Shown in pieces: positions 12,440 to 25,464 of a DNA stretch of 64,000 nucleotides (positions are counted from its first letter, which is position 1; every line of letters starts with the position of its first letter). Below the pieces are notes generated by a model. That model was not told where the DNA came from. It did not search any database and saw nothing but the letters and a program-made list of their open reading frames with translations. Location of the stretch: positions 4,030,001 to 4,094,000 of the forward strand of contig NC_043012.1 in NCBI RefSeq assembly GCF_006345805.1, written 5' to 3'. A program made the translations under genes and the position numbers. Origin of the DNA: Octopus sinensis. Taxonomy: Eukaryota.

Positions 12440-12899
12440 GTTTCTGACTGTAAATTCTGTTAATGAGAATTGACAAAGATGTAGAAATAGCCAAACAAGA
12501 GGGTACAGTTACTGCCATGTCATTAGAACTGCAGTGTGTCTGAGACCAAGACACTGCTCAACTCAGAAATGGTTCACTAAAATCTAGTTTTTGTTGTGGT
12601 TACTTAACCTCAGGTTAACCTTGATTGGGTAAACTTTTGATCAAAACATTCCAACTATGACCATTCCATTTCTTTTACGAGGTTCTGGACCTACACTATC
12701 CAGGATGTCCTTTCTTTTGTTTATTATTTCTGAAGATGTCAGGATTTAATTTTCAGGGAGATTTTGCTGGGATTTCTTGCAGATTGAGATATCATTTAAA
12801 AGCTAGTACATATTACTTCTTAAAAATTTCCCTTATCAGTGTTCCCCAGTCATCTTATAGACTGGCACATACAGGTAAAGACTATGTTTTGCTGAAGAA

Positions 12900-13105
12900 A
12901 GCTCTTTCGTCATAGCCTCTGTGAGGCTCAATGTACGAAGGTCATGCTTGACCACCTCGTCCTGTGTTTGTCCCTCCCACCATCGCTTGACAACCGATGC
13001 TGCTGTGTTTACATCCCTGTAACTTAGTGGTTCGGCAAAAGAGACCAATAGAATAAGTACTAGGCTTACAAAGAATAAGTCCTGGGGTCAATTTGGTCAA
13101 CTAAA
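12900..13105. mobile_element. RTE ORF-end fragment (minus) joined to 3' half of SINE A (plus)
   Basis: Minus QDEVVKHDLRTLSLTEAMTK matches the RTE piece at 630-790; plus-strand tttgtccctcccaccatcgcttgacaacc starts at ~12966. Confidence 0.7.
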
Positions 13106-13684
13106 GACCTTAAGATAGCACTGATGGTGGGTGTAATTTTTAGTCATTGAATTACCATACAATAAAAAACCTAAGTCACATAGAACAGGGCCAACTCAGT
13201 CCTGTTAGCAGTAGCAGTAGTGGCAGAGCCGGGGAAACTGATAGGTTTGTATGTTTACTGACAGTGCTGAGTTTTACATCATATACGGATACAACTTGGA
13301 GAAGGATGTAACCTGGCAGACTTATTGTCTCCAGATGTGTTGCATGAAGAATTCTTCATGAGTCACCAAAGTATGTTTATAGATAATGCAGAAACTGGAA
13401 AGAATTCATGATCAGAATTATGGTTATGCTTTTAACAAGTTTGCTTTGCAAGCATGAGATTCTGGGTTTGGTTTCGCTTTGTAGTATCCTGTTCAGCTAT
13501 CTTCTACAGCAATGTCAGACTAACCAGTTCCTTGTGAGTGGAATTCAGAAGTAACCTGGTCATGTGTTTGTGTGTGTATCTGATTAAGTTTAAAACTAGT
13601 GTTGCATTAAAAAGCATAACTTAGCTGTCCAGTAAATATAGATGGATAAAATAATATCCAACTGAAGTAAACAATTGCTGTGTG

Positions 13685-13873
13685 GAAGGTGTTTATAAGC
13701 CATTTAAAAACACACAAAAACTGTTAGATTCACTTCGACATTTAAATTTAATTTGTCAAAATATTTTCATCGCTTTGAAATCGCCACCTGTTCACTGACA
13801 TAATTTCGTGTTTTAAATGTTGAAGTGAATCTAATGGTTTTTATGTGTTTTTAAATATCTTATAAACACCTTC
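13685..13873. mobile_element. PLE-like remnant: 62-bp inverted arms around a hammerhead motif
   Basis: Arms 13685-13746 and 13812-13873; the spacer folds as a hammerhead on the minus strand. Confidence 0.7.
13754..13800 (-). ncRNA. Minimal type I hammerhead ribozyme candidate, G3:C8 variant
   Basis: UGUCA-GUGAACA-G-GUgGC-gauuucaaa-GCGAU-GAAA-AUAUU-U-UGACA: 5-bp stem I, swapped 3:8 pair, palindromic stem III. Confidence 0.65.
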
Positions 13874-14387
13874 GTTGCTGCAGTTGCTTTTGTTTCAGTA
13901 CATGATCTCAGATCAAGTCACTTGCTATGCAAGTACATCTCCACAATTGAAGTAAATGTTAGAACTAATGTTATCAACTGAACCCCTCCAGGCAGTGCCC
14001 AAGAATGGCTGTAGCCCATTGACTGAAATCAGCACATACATATTATTATCATTGTTGTTGTTGTTGTCGTTGTCACCATTGTCATTTAATGTCCATATTC
14101 CTTCCATATTTTTGTGGGCTGGTCAGTCTGACAAGATCTGATTGGCCCAAGGACTTCATCAAGCTCTAGTGTCCATTTTAGAATGGTTTCTATGACTTCA
14201 TGCCCTTCCTAATGCCAACCACTTTACATCATGTACTGGGTGCTATTTTTTGTACCATCAGCACCAGTAAGGTTGCTATGCAGCTTGCAAAACTATGAAC
14301 CCCAAGCTGAAGCAATATTATGTTTGGAGAATAAGGGGTAGAAAGGGGTAAAGTATGAGAGAAAAGGGCCAGGACAGAATAGGTTTC

Positions 14388-14620
14388 TTATTTCTTTATT
14401 GCCCACAAGGGGCTAAACATAGAGGGGACAAACAAGGACAGACAAAGGAATTAAGTTGATTACATCAACCCCAGTGTGTAACTGGTACTTAATTTATCGA
14501 CCCTGAAAGGATGAAAGGCAAAGTCGACCTAGGCGGAATTTGAACTCAGAACGTAATGGCAGACGAAATACCGCTAAGCATTTCGCCCGGCATGCTAACA
14601 TTTCTGCCAGCTCACTACCT
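14388..14620 (-). mobile_element. SINE family B, full length with 20-bp TSD
   Basis: TSD caggacagaataggtttctt at 14370-14389 and 14625-14644. Confidence 0.9.
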
Positions 14621-14987
14621 TAAACAGGACAGAATAGGTTTCTTGCTGTAGAGGAGCTAAACACTTTTCAAAAGGGTCATCAGGAGGAGCTGGAAAGTGA
14701 TAAAAAGTAGTGGTGATGAGATGTCAGAGTGGATATACAAAATATAGGAATGAGTTGGGTAGAGGTGCCAGGGGTAAGTGGGGGAGTAGGGTATGTCTGA
14801 CAGTGTGGAACAGAAGAATAAAAAACGGTGATACAGTAAGCAGGAGAAGGATGAGAGAGAGATGACATAATACTGGGTATTTTATAGGAGTGGATGAAGA
14901 AGAGAGAGACAGGCATGGTGTATGAGGAGGGTGAGGTATATGGTGGTGGTGGTGGTGGGAGGAGAGATAATTTGGTGGCACAGTGGG

Positions 14988-15073
14988 GGTAGTGCCATGA
15001 TGGACCGTGAGGTCTGGCGTAGCATGGTAAATTCCATTGTCTCGACCACAGTCGAACAATGATGATGATGATG
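14988..15073 (+). mobile_element. 3' tip of a second RTE family
   Basis: Reads AMMDREVWRSMVNSIVSTTVEQ then (GAT)n tail (DR..WR motif). Confidence 0.65.
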
Positions 15074-15187
15074 GGGGTGGATGATCAATGAAAATATGGG
15101 TGGTGAGAACAATGTCAATGGATGAAGTGAAGTGTAAGAAAGTGGTATCAAGGACAAATAAACGCCAAATGTAAATAACGTAAATAA

Positions 15188-15422
15188 TGTACATCTGATT
15201 CCTCTTATGTTCAGTTTTAGTACACTTGTACTATGTCTTCTTTACACAATTACGTTGCGCGTGCAACAGTGCATGCTCACTTCTCGAGTCCTCTGCATTC
15301 AAGATCCATGCCTCACTACCATGCAGCATTGCAGTTCTGACAAAAGCATCATACAATCTACCCTTCATTCTAAGGGACATGATCTTTGTTATTAACAACA
15401 GTAGCACTTACCTGAACTTTCC
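15188..15422 (-). mobile_element. Decayed RTE reverse-transcriptase fragment
   Basis: Minus strand MKGRLYDAFVRTAMLHGSEAW. Confidence 0.8.
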
Positions 15423-15442
15423 TATATATGTATATGTATATG

Positions 15443-15474
<32 letters not shown>

Positions 15475-16765
15475 TGTATGTATGTATGTATGTATGTTTA
15501 TATGTATGCATGTTTGTATGCATGCATGCATGCATGTATGTGTGTGTATACATGTGTGTGTATGTATACACTTACACACACACATACACACATACACACT
15601 TACACATGCATATACATACATACATACATACATACATACACACTTACACATGCATATACATACATACATACATACATACATACACACTTACACATGCATA
15701 TACATACATACATACATACATACATATATGCACACAAGTGTGTTTGTGTTGCTTTCTTTAATTCATAATTCTTCAATAGATATACAATGACACCTTCAGT
15801 ACATGCCTCTTTAATATCGTATTTCATAAATATATATAAATAATTAGATTTTACAATTCACTCATGAAAATTAACTAATTGTCTGTCTTTTAATCAGAAA
15901 AAAAATGACAAAGACAATGATACAATTATTAAAAATGATTGCCTTCTATATCACTTGAATGGAACTCTTGTTACAGATCATTCTATATATCTGTATTGTT
16001 AACCATTATAATATGTTAAACACAATCGCTGTTTTCACACTCTGATTTTTTTTTGCTTTTCTCTATCTTACCCCCCCTCCCCCGCACCTCCTCATCTTTC
16101 TGTAATTTCAATCACAAGTCAAATGTGTCTTTGCAACAATACTGAAATAATAATGATATCAGATTTAAATGAGTGAATGAAATAACAACAGTAACTATAT
16201 TATGGCATTTATTTAATATTTTGTATCATTCACATGACAACATATTTCTTTTTTCTACTTTTTAAATACAACATTTAAACAGAATTATTCATTCTTTTTA
16301 TTTCTGGAACAGAAGTAATTAAGCTTACTGTGAAAGTTCAAATCCAATTAAAATTTTATATTGAATTTACTAAAAGGATGTGAATTTTTTTTTCCCTCTC
16401 ATCATTCATCTGTATTAATCTTCAATTAAAACCATAATTGGTTTTAACTGAAGGTTCAGTGCAGGTTGAATATTCTATTTTATTTGTTATTATTTGTATT
16501 AATGATCTGCATGTCATACTTAAAGCATATGTACTGTTGAAAGCCTTCTAAACAGTGGTATTAATCATAAGAAGCAGCTCTTATAGACATATAATGCTAA
16601 AAAACACAGAAATGTAGCAGCAGGTGAAATATATGTCTTTTAACACTAAAAGAGATACTTTCTCGAGACAAATACCACAGTTTAGAAGGCTTTCAATAGT
16701 AAATACAACAGGCTTCTTTTCATAAACACACCAGCATCGGTTGTCAAGCGATGTTGGGGGGACGA

Positions 16766-17390
16766 CCAGGGCATTATTGTCGATAGCGAGTTGTGCTGGA
16801 CAAAACACATTGCTAAAATTGCCAAGAAGGCTGAGGGTGTCTTGGCATCACTCACCAAGTCCTTTGTGAGCCACTCTCCGGCTATCTATCTGAGGCTTTA
16901 TATAGCTATGGTGCGACCTCACCTGGAATTTGCATCACCGATCTGGAACCCCTATCTTGCCCAGGATATTAATCGTATGGAAACCGTTCAGTGACGTGCA
17001 ACCAAGAGAATACCCTCCATCAGGCATTTGCCATATTCTGAATGCCTTACTTCCCTGGGCATGGACACATTGAAACTCCGACATCTGGCAGCCGACTTGG
17101 CAGACACCCATAAAATTATTAACCATCTTACAAACAATAACTCTGAGCACTTTTTCAAACTCCACCTGTCTAACACCCATGGACATGTTTAAGTCAGAAA
17201 ATAACACAGCCCCATGATTTTCAGAAACATTTTTTCATGCTAAGAGTTGCTGAAGTATGGAACAAACTGCCAGCATCAGTTGTTAGATGTCGGAGCACTG
17301 CATCCTTCAAAACTTCCATGCTTTCTGAGATTCACCAACACTACACCTGATTTTCTCCCCTCCATACATACGCAAGCATGTATCTGACTC
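16766..17390 (+). mobile_element. CR1-group LINE 3' fragment (RT C-terminus, disrupted)
   Basis: GIIVDSELCWTKHI...LYIAMVRPHLEFASPIWNPYLAQDINRMETVQ*RATK...LRVAEVWNKLP motifs; internal stop and frameshift; ends in (TA)n. Confidence 0.9.
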
Positions 17391-17422
17391 ATATATATAT
17401 ATATCTTACAACTTTACTTTGT

Positions 17423-18166
<744 letters not shown>

Positions 18167-18195
18167 ATATATATATATACACACATATATATATA

Positions 18196-18479
18196 TCACC
18201 GTGATCATTGTGACCGATCAGGCTATCAGATGTTGGTACACATCAAATGACGCCCCCCCCCCCCCCCCTGCTGGCTAAGCAAGTAGGCCGAAAGAAGAAA
18301 GAGTGAGAGAAAGTTGTGGCGAAAGAGTACAGCAGGGATCACCACCATCCCCTGCAGGAGACTCGTGGAGCTTTAGGTGTTTTCGCTCAATAAACACTCA
18401 CAACACCCAGTCTGGAAATCAAAACTGCGATCCTACAACCGTGAGTCCACTGCCCTAACCACTGGACCATTGCACCTCC
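18196..18479 (-). mobile_element. SINE family E
   Basis: Homologous to 4884-5181. Confidence 0.8.
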
Positions 18480-18481
18480 AC

Positions 18482-18521
<40 letters not shown>

Positions 18522-18525
<4 letters not shown>

Positions 18526-18898
18526 CAATGGAATTTGCAGATGTGTTACAGTGCCGGTGGCATGTCAGAGAATCTTCCGTTTCGTGACCGTTGCCAGCAC
18601 CGCCCCGTTTCGTGTCCGTTGCCAGCCTCGCCTGGCCCTTGTGCCGGTGGCACATAAAAAGCACCATCCGTTCGTGGCCGTTTGCCAGCTCTGTCTGGCA
18701 CCTGTGCGGGTGGCACGTAAAAAGCACCCACTACACTCACGGAGTGGTTGGCGTTAGGAAGGGCATCCAGCCGTAGAAACACTGCCAGATTTGACTGGGC
18801 CTGATGAAGCCTTCTGGCTTCACAGACCCCAGTAGAACCGTCCAACCCATGCTAGCATGGAAAACGGACGCTAAACGATGATGATGATGATGATGATG

Positions 18899-18900
<2 letters not shown>
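18522..18900 (+). mobile_element. Family C RTE 3' UTR
   Basis: Modules, conserved tail, (GAT)n. Confidence 0.85.
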
Positions 18901-18964
<64 letters not shown>

Positions 18965-18986
18965 TATATATATATGTATATAGATG

Positions 18987-19022
<36 letters not shown>

Positions 19023-19384
19023 GAGAGGTTTTATTTTTAAAATTTACTTGGAAAAACATATTTCCTTTCCCTTCTGTCTTGAGTGCAAAGATTGAAAAAT
19101 AATTCTCCAATGAAATTAATCCACTGATTTTGGCTTTTTATAAGTTCTTAGGAAATATAGTGTTTCCTTAGAAACTCAGAAAATAAATAGACACACACAC
19201 ACACACAAATGCGACAATTTAATTACAATTTGTTGTAGTCTTTTGTAATAGGATAATTGTTGCATTTTTTCTGCATGACTTTTTCAGTGTACTCGTTAAC
19301 TAACGTAAACAAAACCAGATTAATTTTCCTTTAATTTTATTTCTCAAATTAATTATCAACTTCATGTTTGTTTTTAGTGCTGCC

Positions 19385-20018
19385 TTGACCGGTGGCACAT
19401 AAAAAGCACAAACCGATTGTGGCCATAGCCAGACTCCCCTGGCACCTGTGCCATGGCACGTAAAAAGCACCAACTAATTCGGCCAGCCTCCCCTGGCACC
19501 TGTGCTAGTGGTATTTAAAAAGCACCCACTACACTCACAGAGTGGTTGGCATTAGGAAGGGCATCAAGCTGTAGAAACACTGCCAGATCAGACTGGAGCT
19601 TGGTGCAGCCTCCTGGCTTCTGTGCCGGTGCCATGTAAAAGGCACCATTCGAGCATGATCGTTACCAGCATCGCCTTACAGGGACTTGCGTCGGTGGCAA
19701 CATGTGTCGGTGAAAAAACATTCGAGCAAGATCATTGCCAGTTCCGCTGGACTGGCTCCTGTGCAGGTGGCACGTAAAAAACACTATTTGAGCATGGCTG
19801 TTGCCAGTACCGCCTGACTGGCCCTCGCGCCGGGGGCATGTAAAAGCACCCACTACACTCTCGGAGTAGTTGGTGTTAGGAAGGGCATTCAGCTGTAGAA
19901 ACTCTGCCAGATCAGATTGGAGTCTGGTGCAGCCATCTGGCTCGCCAGCCCTCAGTCAAATCGTCCAACCCATGCTAGCATGGAAAGCGGACATTAAATG
20001 ATGATGATGATGATGATG
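19385..20018 (+). mobile_element. Two nested or tandem family C RTE 3' UTR pieces
   Basis: The tail block aaaagcacccactacactc occurs twice (~19518 and ~19842), each preceded by modules. Confidence 0.85.
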
Positions 20019-20040
20019 ATATATATATATATATATATAT

Positions 20041-20412
20041 AGGTGCAGGAGTGGCTGTGTGATATGAAGCTTACCTCCCAACCACATGGTTCTGGGTTCA
20101 GTTCTACTGTGTGGCACCTTGGGCAAGTGTCTTTTAATATAGCCTTGGGCTGACCCAAGCCTTGTGTGTGGAGTTGGTAGATGGAAACTGAAAGAGGCCC
20201 ATAGTGTGTGTGCTTGTGTGTGTTTGTCTCCCCACCATCGCTTGACAACCGATGTTGGTGTTTACATCCCCGCAACATAGCAGCTTAGTAAAAAGAGACC
20301 GATAGAATAATAGGCTTACAGAGAATAAGTCCTGGGGTTGATTTGTTCAACTAAAGGCAGTGCTCCAGCATGGCCACAGTCAAATGACTGATACAAGTAA
20401 AAGAATAAAAGC
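20041..20412 (+). mobile_element. SINE family A
   Basis: Head to tail present, moderately diverged. Confidence 0.85.
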
Positions 20413-20895
20413 AAAAATATATATAATATATATAATATGAATAAAAAATGAATTAAAAAAGCCAGGCAGATATCAATAAAGCACTCAGTCTTAAATGAAT
20501 TTGGTTAACGATATCAAATAATTAGACACCAGTAAATGTAATCAGAGTACACATCTAAGGTAACTCCTCATGACAAGTAGACCCAAGAAATTCAGAGTAT
20601 AAGACAACAAAAATATGGAGAAAATCACATCTTTAATTGTAGAATTCACCAAACAAAGCCGACATGAAGGGGCTTTTTTTCAGTTTTAATGTACCAAATT
20701 CACTCATAGGGCTTCAGTTGGTTCAGGGTTAAAGTAGAGAACACATTCCCCATACAGTGGGTAAACATCTTGGTAGTAAACCTGAAACCACATCGTTGGT
20801 TTGGGTTTGGAAAAAAGCTTTTTCACCATACATGTATATCTGCACCTACACACTGCTATACATATTCTTACATATATATGTGTGTGTGTGCGCGT

Positions 20896-20952
<57 letters not shown>

Positions 20953-21762
20953 CAGGCGGCATACGAAAAGCTCCTAGCCTTGCTGTAAAGTGGTTGGCAT
21001 TAGGAAGAGCACAATGCTGTTCTTGGACACATCAGATCTTGTCAAACCAGCCAATGCATGGAAGATGGTCGTCAAATGATGATGATGGAAATGATAATGA
21101 TGATAATGATAATGGTGATGACGTCGATGATGCTAACAACAGCAATGATGGCAACGATGACAACGATGATAATAACAATGACACCAATGACAACGACAAA
21201 CATGGTGATGATGATGATAATGATGACAGCTCATTTGGAATTTAAACCAGTTCAGAATATGTGCAAATGTTTTTAGAATGATAAATAGGAAACAGTATTA
21301 AATGAGTTGCTTAAGGAAATACTACTTCAGTTTCATCGAATAAAATTTATAAAATAAACAAATAGGATTACTCAACAAATTGATTAGATTTGCTACTCAA
21401 AATAAAACCATTCTAAACTCGAGTATTAATTTCATAACTAAAATATTCAAAAGTTAATTAGAAATATTTTAAAGGCTTTCTGTTAAAAAAAAAAAAAAAA
21501 AAATTTTTTCTTCACAGAAATTATTTCTAAAATTAGCATTCTGATTAACATAGGATTGTATAATGAAACAGATGGTGAGAGAGTTAATGAATTAAATAAG
21601 AAAGACTTGTTTTCTGAGTAGAAACCAGATACCAGTCTCATTTTCATTGATTGGCTTTTTAAAATGAAATAAAAAACTTAGATTCTCATCCTTTTGTTTG
21701 TGTGCATGTGTGTGTGTGCGTGCATGTGTGTGTGAGTGCATGTGCCTATATATGCATGTATA

Positions 21763-22444
21763 CAGGTCATCGTTGACTTATGACCTATCCAACTTATGAC
21801 CGATCGACTTTACAACGATTGGTGCGCCAGCTCCTGGGAGCAATAATAAATAGTCCAGTTGAAATCTAATGGGTTTAATTTCTTAGAAATTAACCCGTCT
21901 ATGAGTGATGTCAGCTAACAAACACTTCCCCTAGGTTTGGTTAGTGATCACCACTGTGTTGGGTGACTATCCTGTCATGGAGACATCAAGACAACCTCAT
22001 ATTTGTTTATAAGATGACTGCCTGAGATTCCGAAATTTTTGACTAATGCTAGTATAATATTATAATATAGAATGCTGTGTGTGACTTTTACCTGAGAATG
22101 TACCTTCATCATCATCATCATCATCATTTAACGTCCGCCTTCCATGCTAGCATGGGTTGGACGGTTCAACTGGGGTCTGGGGAGCCCGAAGGCTGCACCA
22201 GGCCAGTCAGATCTGGCAGTGTTTCTACAGCTGGATGCCCTTCCTAACGCCAACCACTCCGAGAGTGTAGTGGGTGATTTTATGTGCCACCGACACAGGT
22301 GCCAGACGAGGCTGGCGAACGGCCACGCTCGGATGGTAAGAATGTAAAAATATAAAACAAAGTTATGTAGGCCTATAGGATGATTTACAACCAAATTAAC
22401 TTACGATCAGTCAGTCGGAACCAATTGTGGTTGTAAGTTGATGA

Positions 22445-22448
<4 letters not shown>
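21763..22448. mobile_element. pogo/Tigger-like non-autonomous DNA transposon interrupted by a family C insertion
   Basis: Ends TA-caggtcatcgttgacttatgacc and ggttgtaagttgatgactta-TA, with subterminal acttatgacc repeats. Confidence 0.6.
22106..22336 (-). mobile_element. Family C RTE 3' end
   Basis: Near-identical to the reverse complement of 17930-18160. Confidence 0.9.
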
Positions 22449-22483
<35 letters not shown>

Positions 22484-22488
<5 letters not shown>

Positions 22489-22680
22489 TAATCCAAACAA
22501 GAAAGCACAAAAAACACAACACGAGGACGTGGAACAAATATAGTATTATTGGACGCTCAGGAAAGAGGTAAAGAAGGAGGGTTTAACGTTTCGAGCGGAG
22601 CTCTTCGTCAGAAACATAGAAGGAAAGATCCAGAGAAGGGAAGACAGAGGAAAGAAATCGCCAACAGTATGCACGAGGAC
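22484..22680 (-). mobile_element. PLE terminal remnant within (TA)n
   Basis: Flanked by (TA)n on both sides; carries a canonical-core hammerhead. Confidence 0.7.
22581..22615 (-). ncRNA. Minimal type I hammerhead ribozyme candidate (canonical core)
   Basis: GUUU-CUGACGA-A-GAG-cuccg-CUC-GAAA-C-GUU-AAAC; palindromic AACGUU stem III as in dimerising PLE hammerheads. Confidence 0.75.
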
Positions 22681-22730
22681 ACATATATATATATATTTAC
22701 ATATATATATATATATGTGAATATGGTATA

Positions 22731-23315
22731 TGTGAGGTATGATCAATAAGTATCCGGACTGTTGCTATAGCAACGAAGTTAAAGCATGCAGAGTGAAGCT
22801 GCTGGGCAAAGATTGACCTTGAACTTAGCTGTGCATGTACACTAAGTTTTAACATTCTAGCTCACTTCTCCTGTTTACAGCAGTGCTTGGAAGAAAGGTG
22901 TGTAGTGTGTGATCATCACATTGACCATTACAGAGAAAATTGTCATGGTAATACGTGCCCAAAGGCCTATGAAAGTGTGCGGAGAGGAGTGTCTGAGCCA
23001 CACACAGGTGTACAAGTGGTTCAGACGTTTCCAAGATGGCCAAAATATGTCGATATTGACGAACATTGTGGGAGACACGCAACCAGCAGAATTGAGAAAA
23101 GCATCGCAGATGTGCATGCAGCTATCAGAGGATGTGCATGAGTTACCAGAGGATATGCAGATTAGTTATGGTTCAGTTCAGTCTGTTATCACTGAAGATT
23201 TGGATATGAGATACGTCTCTGCCAAGCTTGTACCAAAATTGCTTTCAGCTGACCAAAGCGACACTTGGATTTTGGCTCTACAAGATCTCATTGTGTCAAG
23301 AACGATGAAAACTAT
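22731..23315 (+). mobile_element. Mariner-type transposon 5' remnant (TIR plus decayed HTH region)
   Basis: TIR-like gaggtatgatcaataagtatccggact; GEECLSHTQVYKWFRRFQDG...ISYGSVQSVITEDLDMRYVSAKLVPKLL; broken by SINE A. Confidence 0.75.
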
Positions 23316-23733
23316 GTAGCTTGCTTACCAAATACATGGCACCTTGGGCAAGTGTCTTCAACTATAGCCTCAGACCGACCAAAGCCTTGTGAGTGGATTT
23401 GGTAGATGGAAACTGAAATAAGCCCGCCGTATATATGTATATTTGTGTGTGTGTATGTGTGTGTGTGTGCACGTGTGTGTGTGTGTTGTGTATGTGTGTG
23501 TGTGTGTATGTGTGTGTGTGTGTATGTATGTTTGTGTATCTGTGCTTGTCCCCCCAACATCGCTTGACAACCAATGCTGGTGTGTTTACATGCCTGTAAC
23601 TTAGCGGTTCGGCAAAAGAATAAGTACTAGGCTTACAAAGAATATGTCCTGGGGTTGATTTGCTTGACTAAAGGCGGTGCTCCAGCATGGCCACAGTCAA
23701 ATGACTGAAACAAATAAAAGAGTAAAAGAGTAA
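23316..23733 (+). mobile_element. SINE family A with long internal (TG)n
   Basis: Partial head, core, microsatellite, tail. Confidence 0.85.
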
Positions 23734-23774
23734 ATACCCAGCTATAGGTTCAGATGTGGCTATGCATTAAGAAG

Positions 23775-23990
23775 AAATACAAATAAAATACAAAATGGGA
23801 CAAAACATCCAGAGAGATGATACAAAGAAAACAAGGAAGAGTCATTCGAAGTTTTCTTTCCTCAGTCAAGTTCCAGATTATCTTTGCAATTTCAGCTGGT
23901 TATACTTGAGATTGCTCCAATCTGGCCAGCCCCAAGGGAAAACTAAGGTAAGAGCATTAGATTCCTTGAAAGAAAGAAGCGAATGTATAT
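23775..23990 (-). mobile_element. Possible PLE remnant with degenerate hammerhead-like fold
   Basis: Minus: GCUGG...AGAUUG-gag-CAAUCU...CCAGC-U-GAAA-UUGCAA; no CUGANGA box. Confidence 0.35.
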
Positions 23991-23993
23991 GAA

Positions 23994-24245
23994 AACATGG
24001 CTTAGTGGTTAGGGTGTTAGCACCATGATCGTAAGATTGTGGTATCGATTCCTGGACCGGGCGACGCATTGTGTTCTTGAGCAAAACACTTCATTTCACG
24101 TTGCTTCAGTCCACTCAGCTGGCAAAAATGAGTAACGCTGCAATGGGCTGGCGTCCCGTCCTGCTGGGGAACACATACGCCATAGAAACCAGGAAACCGG
24201 ACCCATGAGCTTGGCTAGGCTTTAAAAAAAGGGCACATTTATTTA
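23994..24245 (+). mobile_element. SINE family D
   Basis: tggcttagtggttaggg A box, ggtatcgattcc B box, gtgttcttgagcaaaacacttc core. Confidence 0.8.
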
Positions 24246-24278
24246 TCTATTTTTTATATATATATATATAACCTGCAT

Positions 24279-24309
<31 letters not shown>

Positions 24310-24318
24310 AGTATATAT

Positions 24319-24372
<54 letters not shown>

Positions 24373-24928
24373 TGTATACATATATATATATATATATATA
24401 TACACAGTGAGAGAGAGAGACATGTATATGCAAATATAAGCCTGAAATTCTAATGAATTTTCTAAAAGCAGCGTATACATATAGAACAAACATATAAATA
24501 TATTAATAAATGATCAATACCTTTGAAAAATGACACAGATATATAGATTTAAGTGAGAAAAGATTTAGTAGTTGTGTTTTATCAAGTGGTACGAATCTAT
24601 CAGTCTGGAGACTAATTAATATTTCATTAAGTTGTTATGCTGTTAATTATATAAAATAGACTGGTGTTGAACAATTCTTCTCCGTCTGTCTCTTTCTCTA
24701 CACCGTACATTGATATCTATGTGATTGTGTGTGTGTGTGCATGTATGTATGTATGTGTGTGTGCATGTGCATGTATATGTATGCGTGTGCATGTATGTGT
24801 GTGTGTGCGCATGTGTGTGTGCAGTGAAAAAGTCCAAGCCATGCTAACATTGAAAAAAGATGCAAAATGATGATGGTGACAATAATCAGTCATTCATTCA
24901 TATATGTGTGTGTGTGTGTGTGTATATG

Positions 24929-24965
<37 letters not shown>

Positions 24966-24969
<4 letters not shown>

Positions 24970-25032
24970 GGCGGTGCCCCAGCATGGCCACAGCTCATTA
25001 GCTGAAACTGGAAAAATCAAAAATCAAAAAAT
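24966..25032 (+). mobile_element. Isolated non-LTR 3' tail related to the SINE A tail, in (TA)n
   Basis: ggcggtgccccagcatggccacagctcattagctgaaactgg(aaaaatc)n. Confidence 0.6.
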
Positions 25033-25034
25033 CA

Positions 25035-25079
<45 letters not shown>

Positions 25080-25173
25080 TCCAGGATATATATAATATAT
25101 ATAACCTATAAGATAGATATACATTATATATATATACATATACATATATAGATATGTATATATATTATATATG

Positions 25174-25260
<87 letters not shown>

Positions 25261-25360
25261 AATATATATATATATATGTATATATAATATATATGTATAT
25301 ATCTACATAAATATATGCATACATTCATATACACATACGTACATAAATATATATATATAT

Positions 25361-25404
<44 letters not shown>

Positions 25405-25417
25405 GTATATATATATA

Positions 25418-25464
<47 letters not shown>

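Noticed and set aside
15226-15827. YI/CV/HT-rich ORFs here and throughout the window
   Set aside because: Translations of (TA)n, (TG)n and (TATG)n
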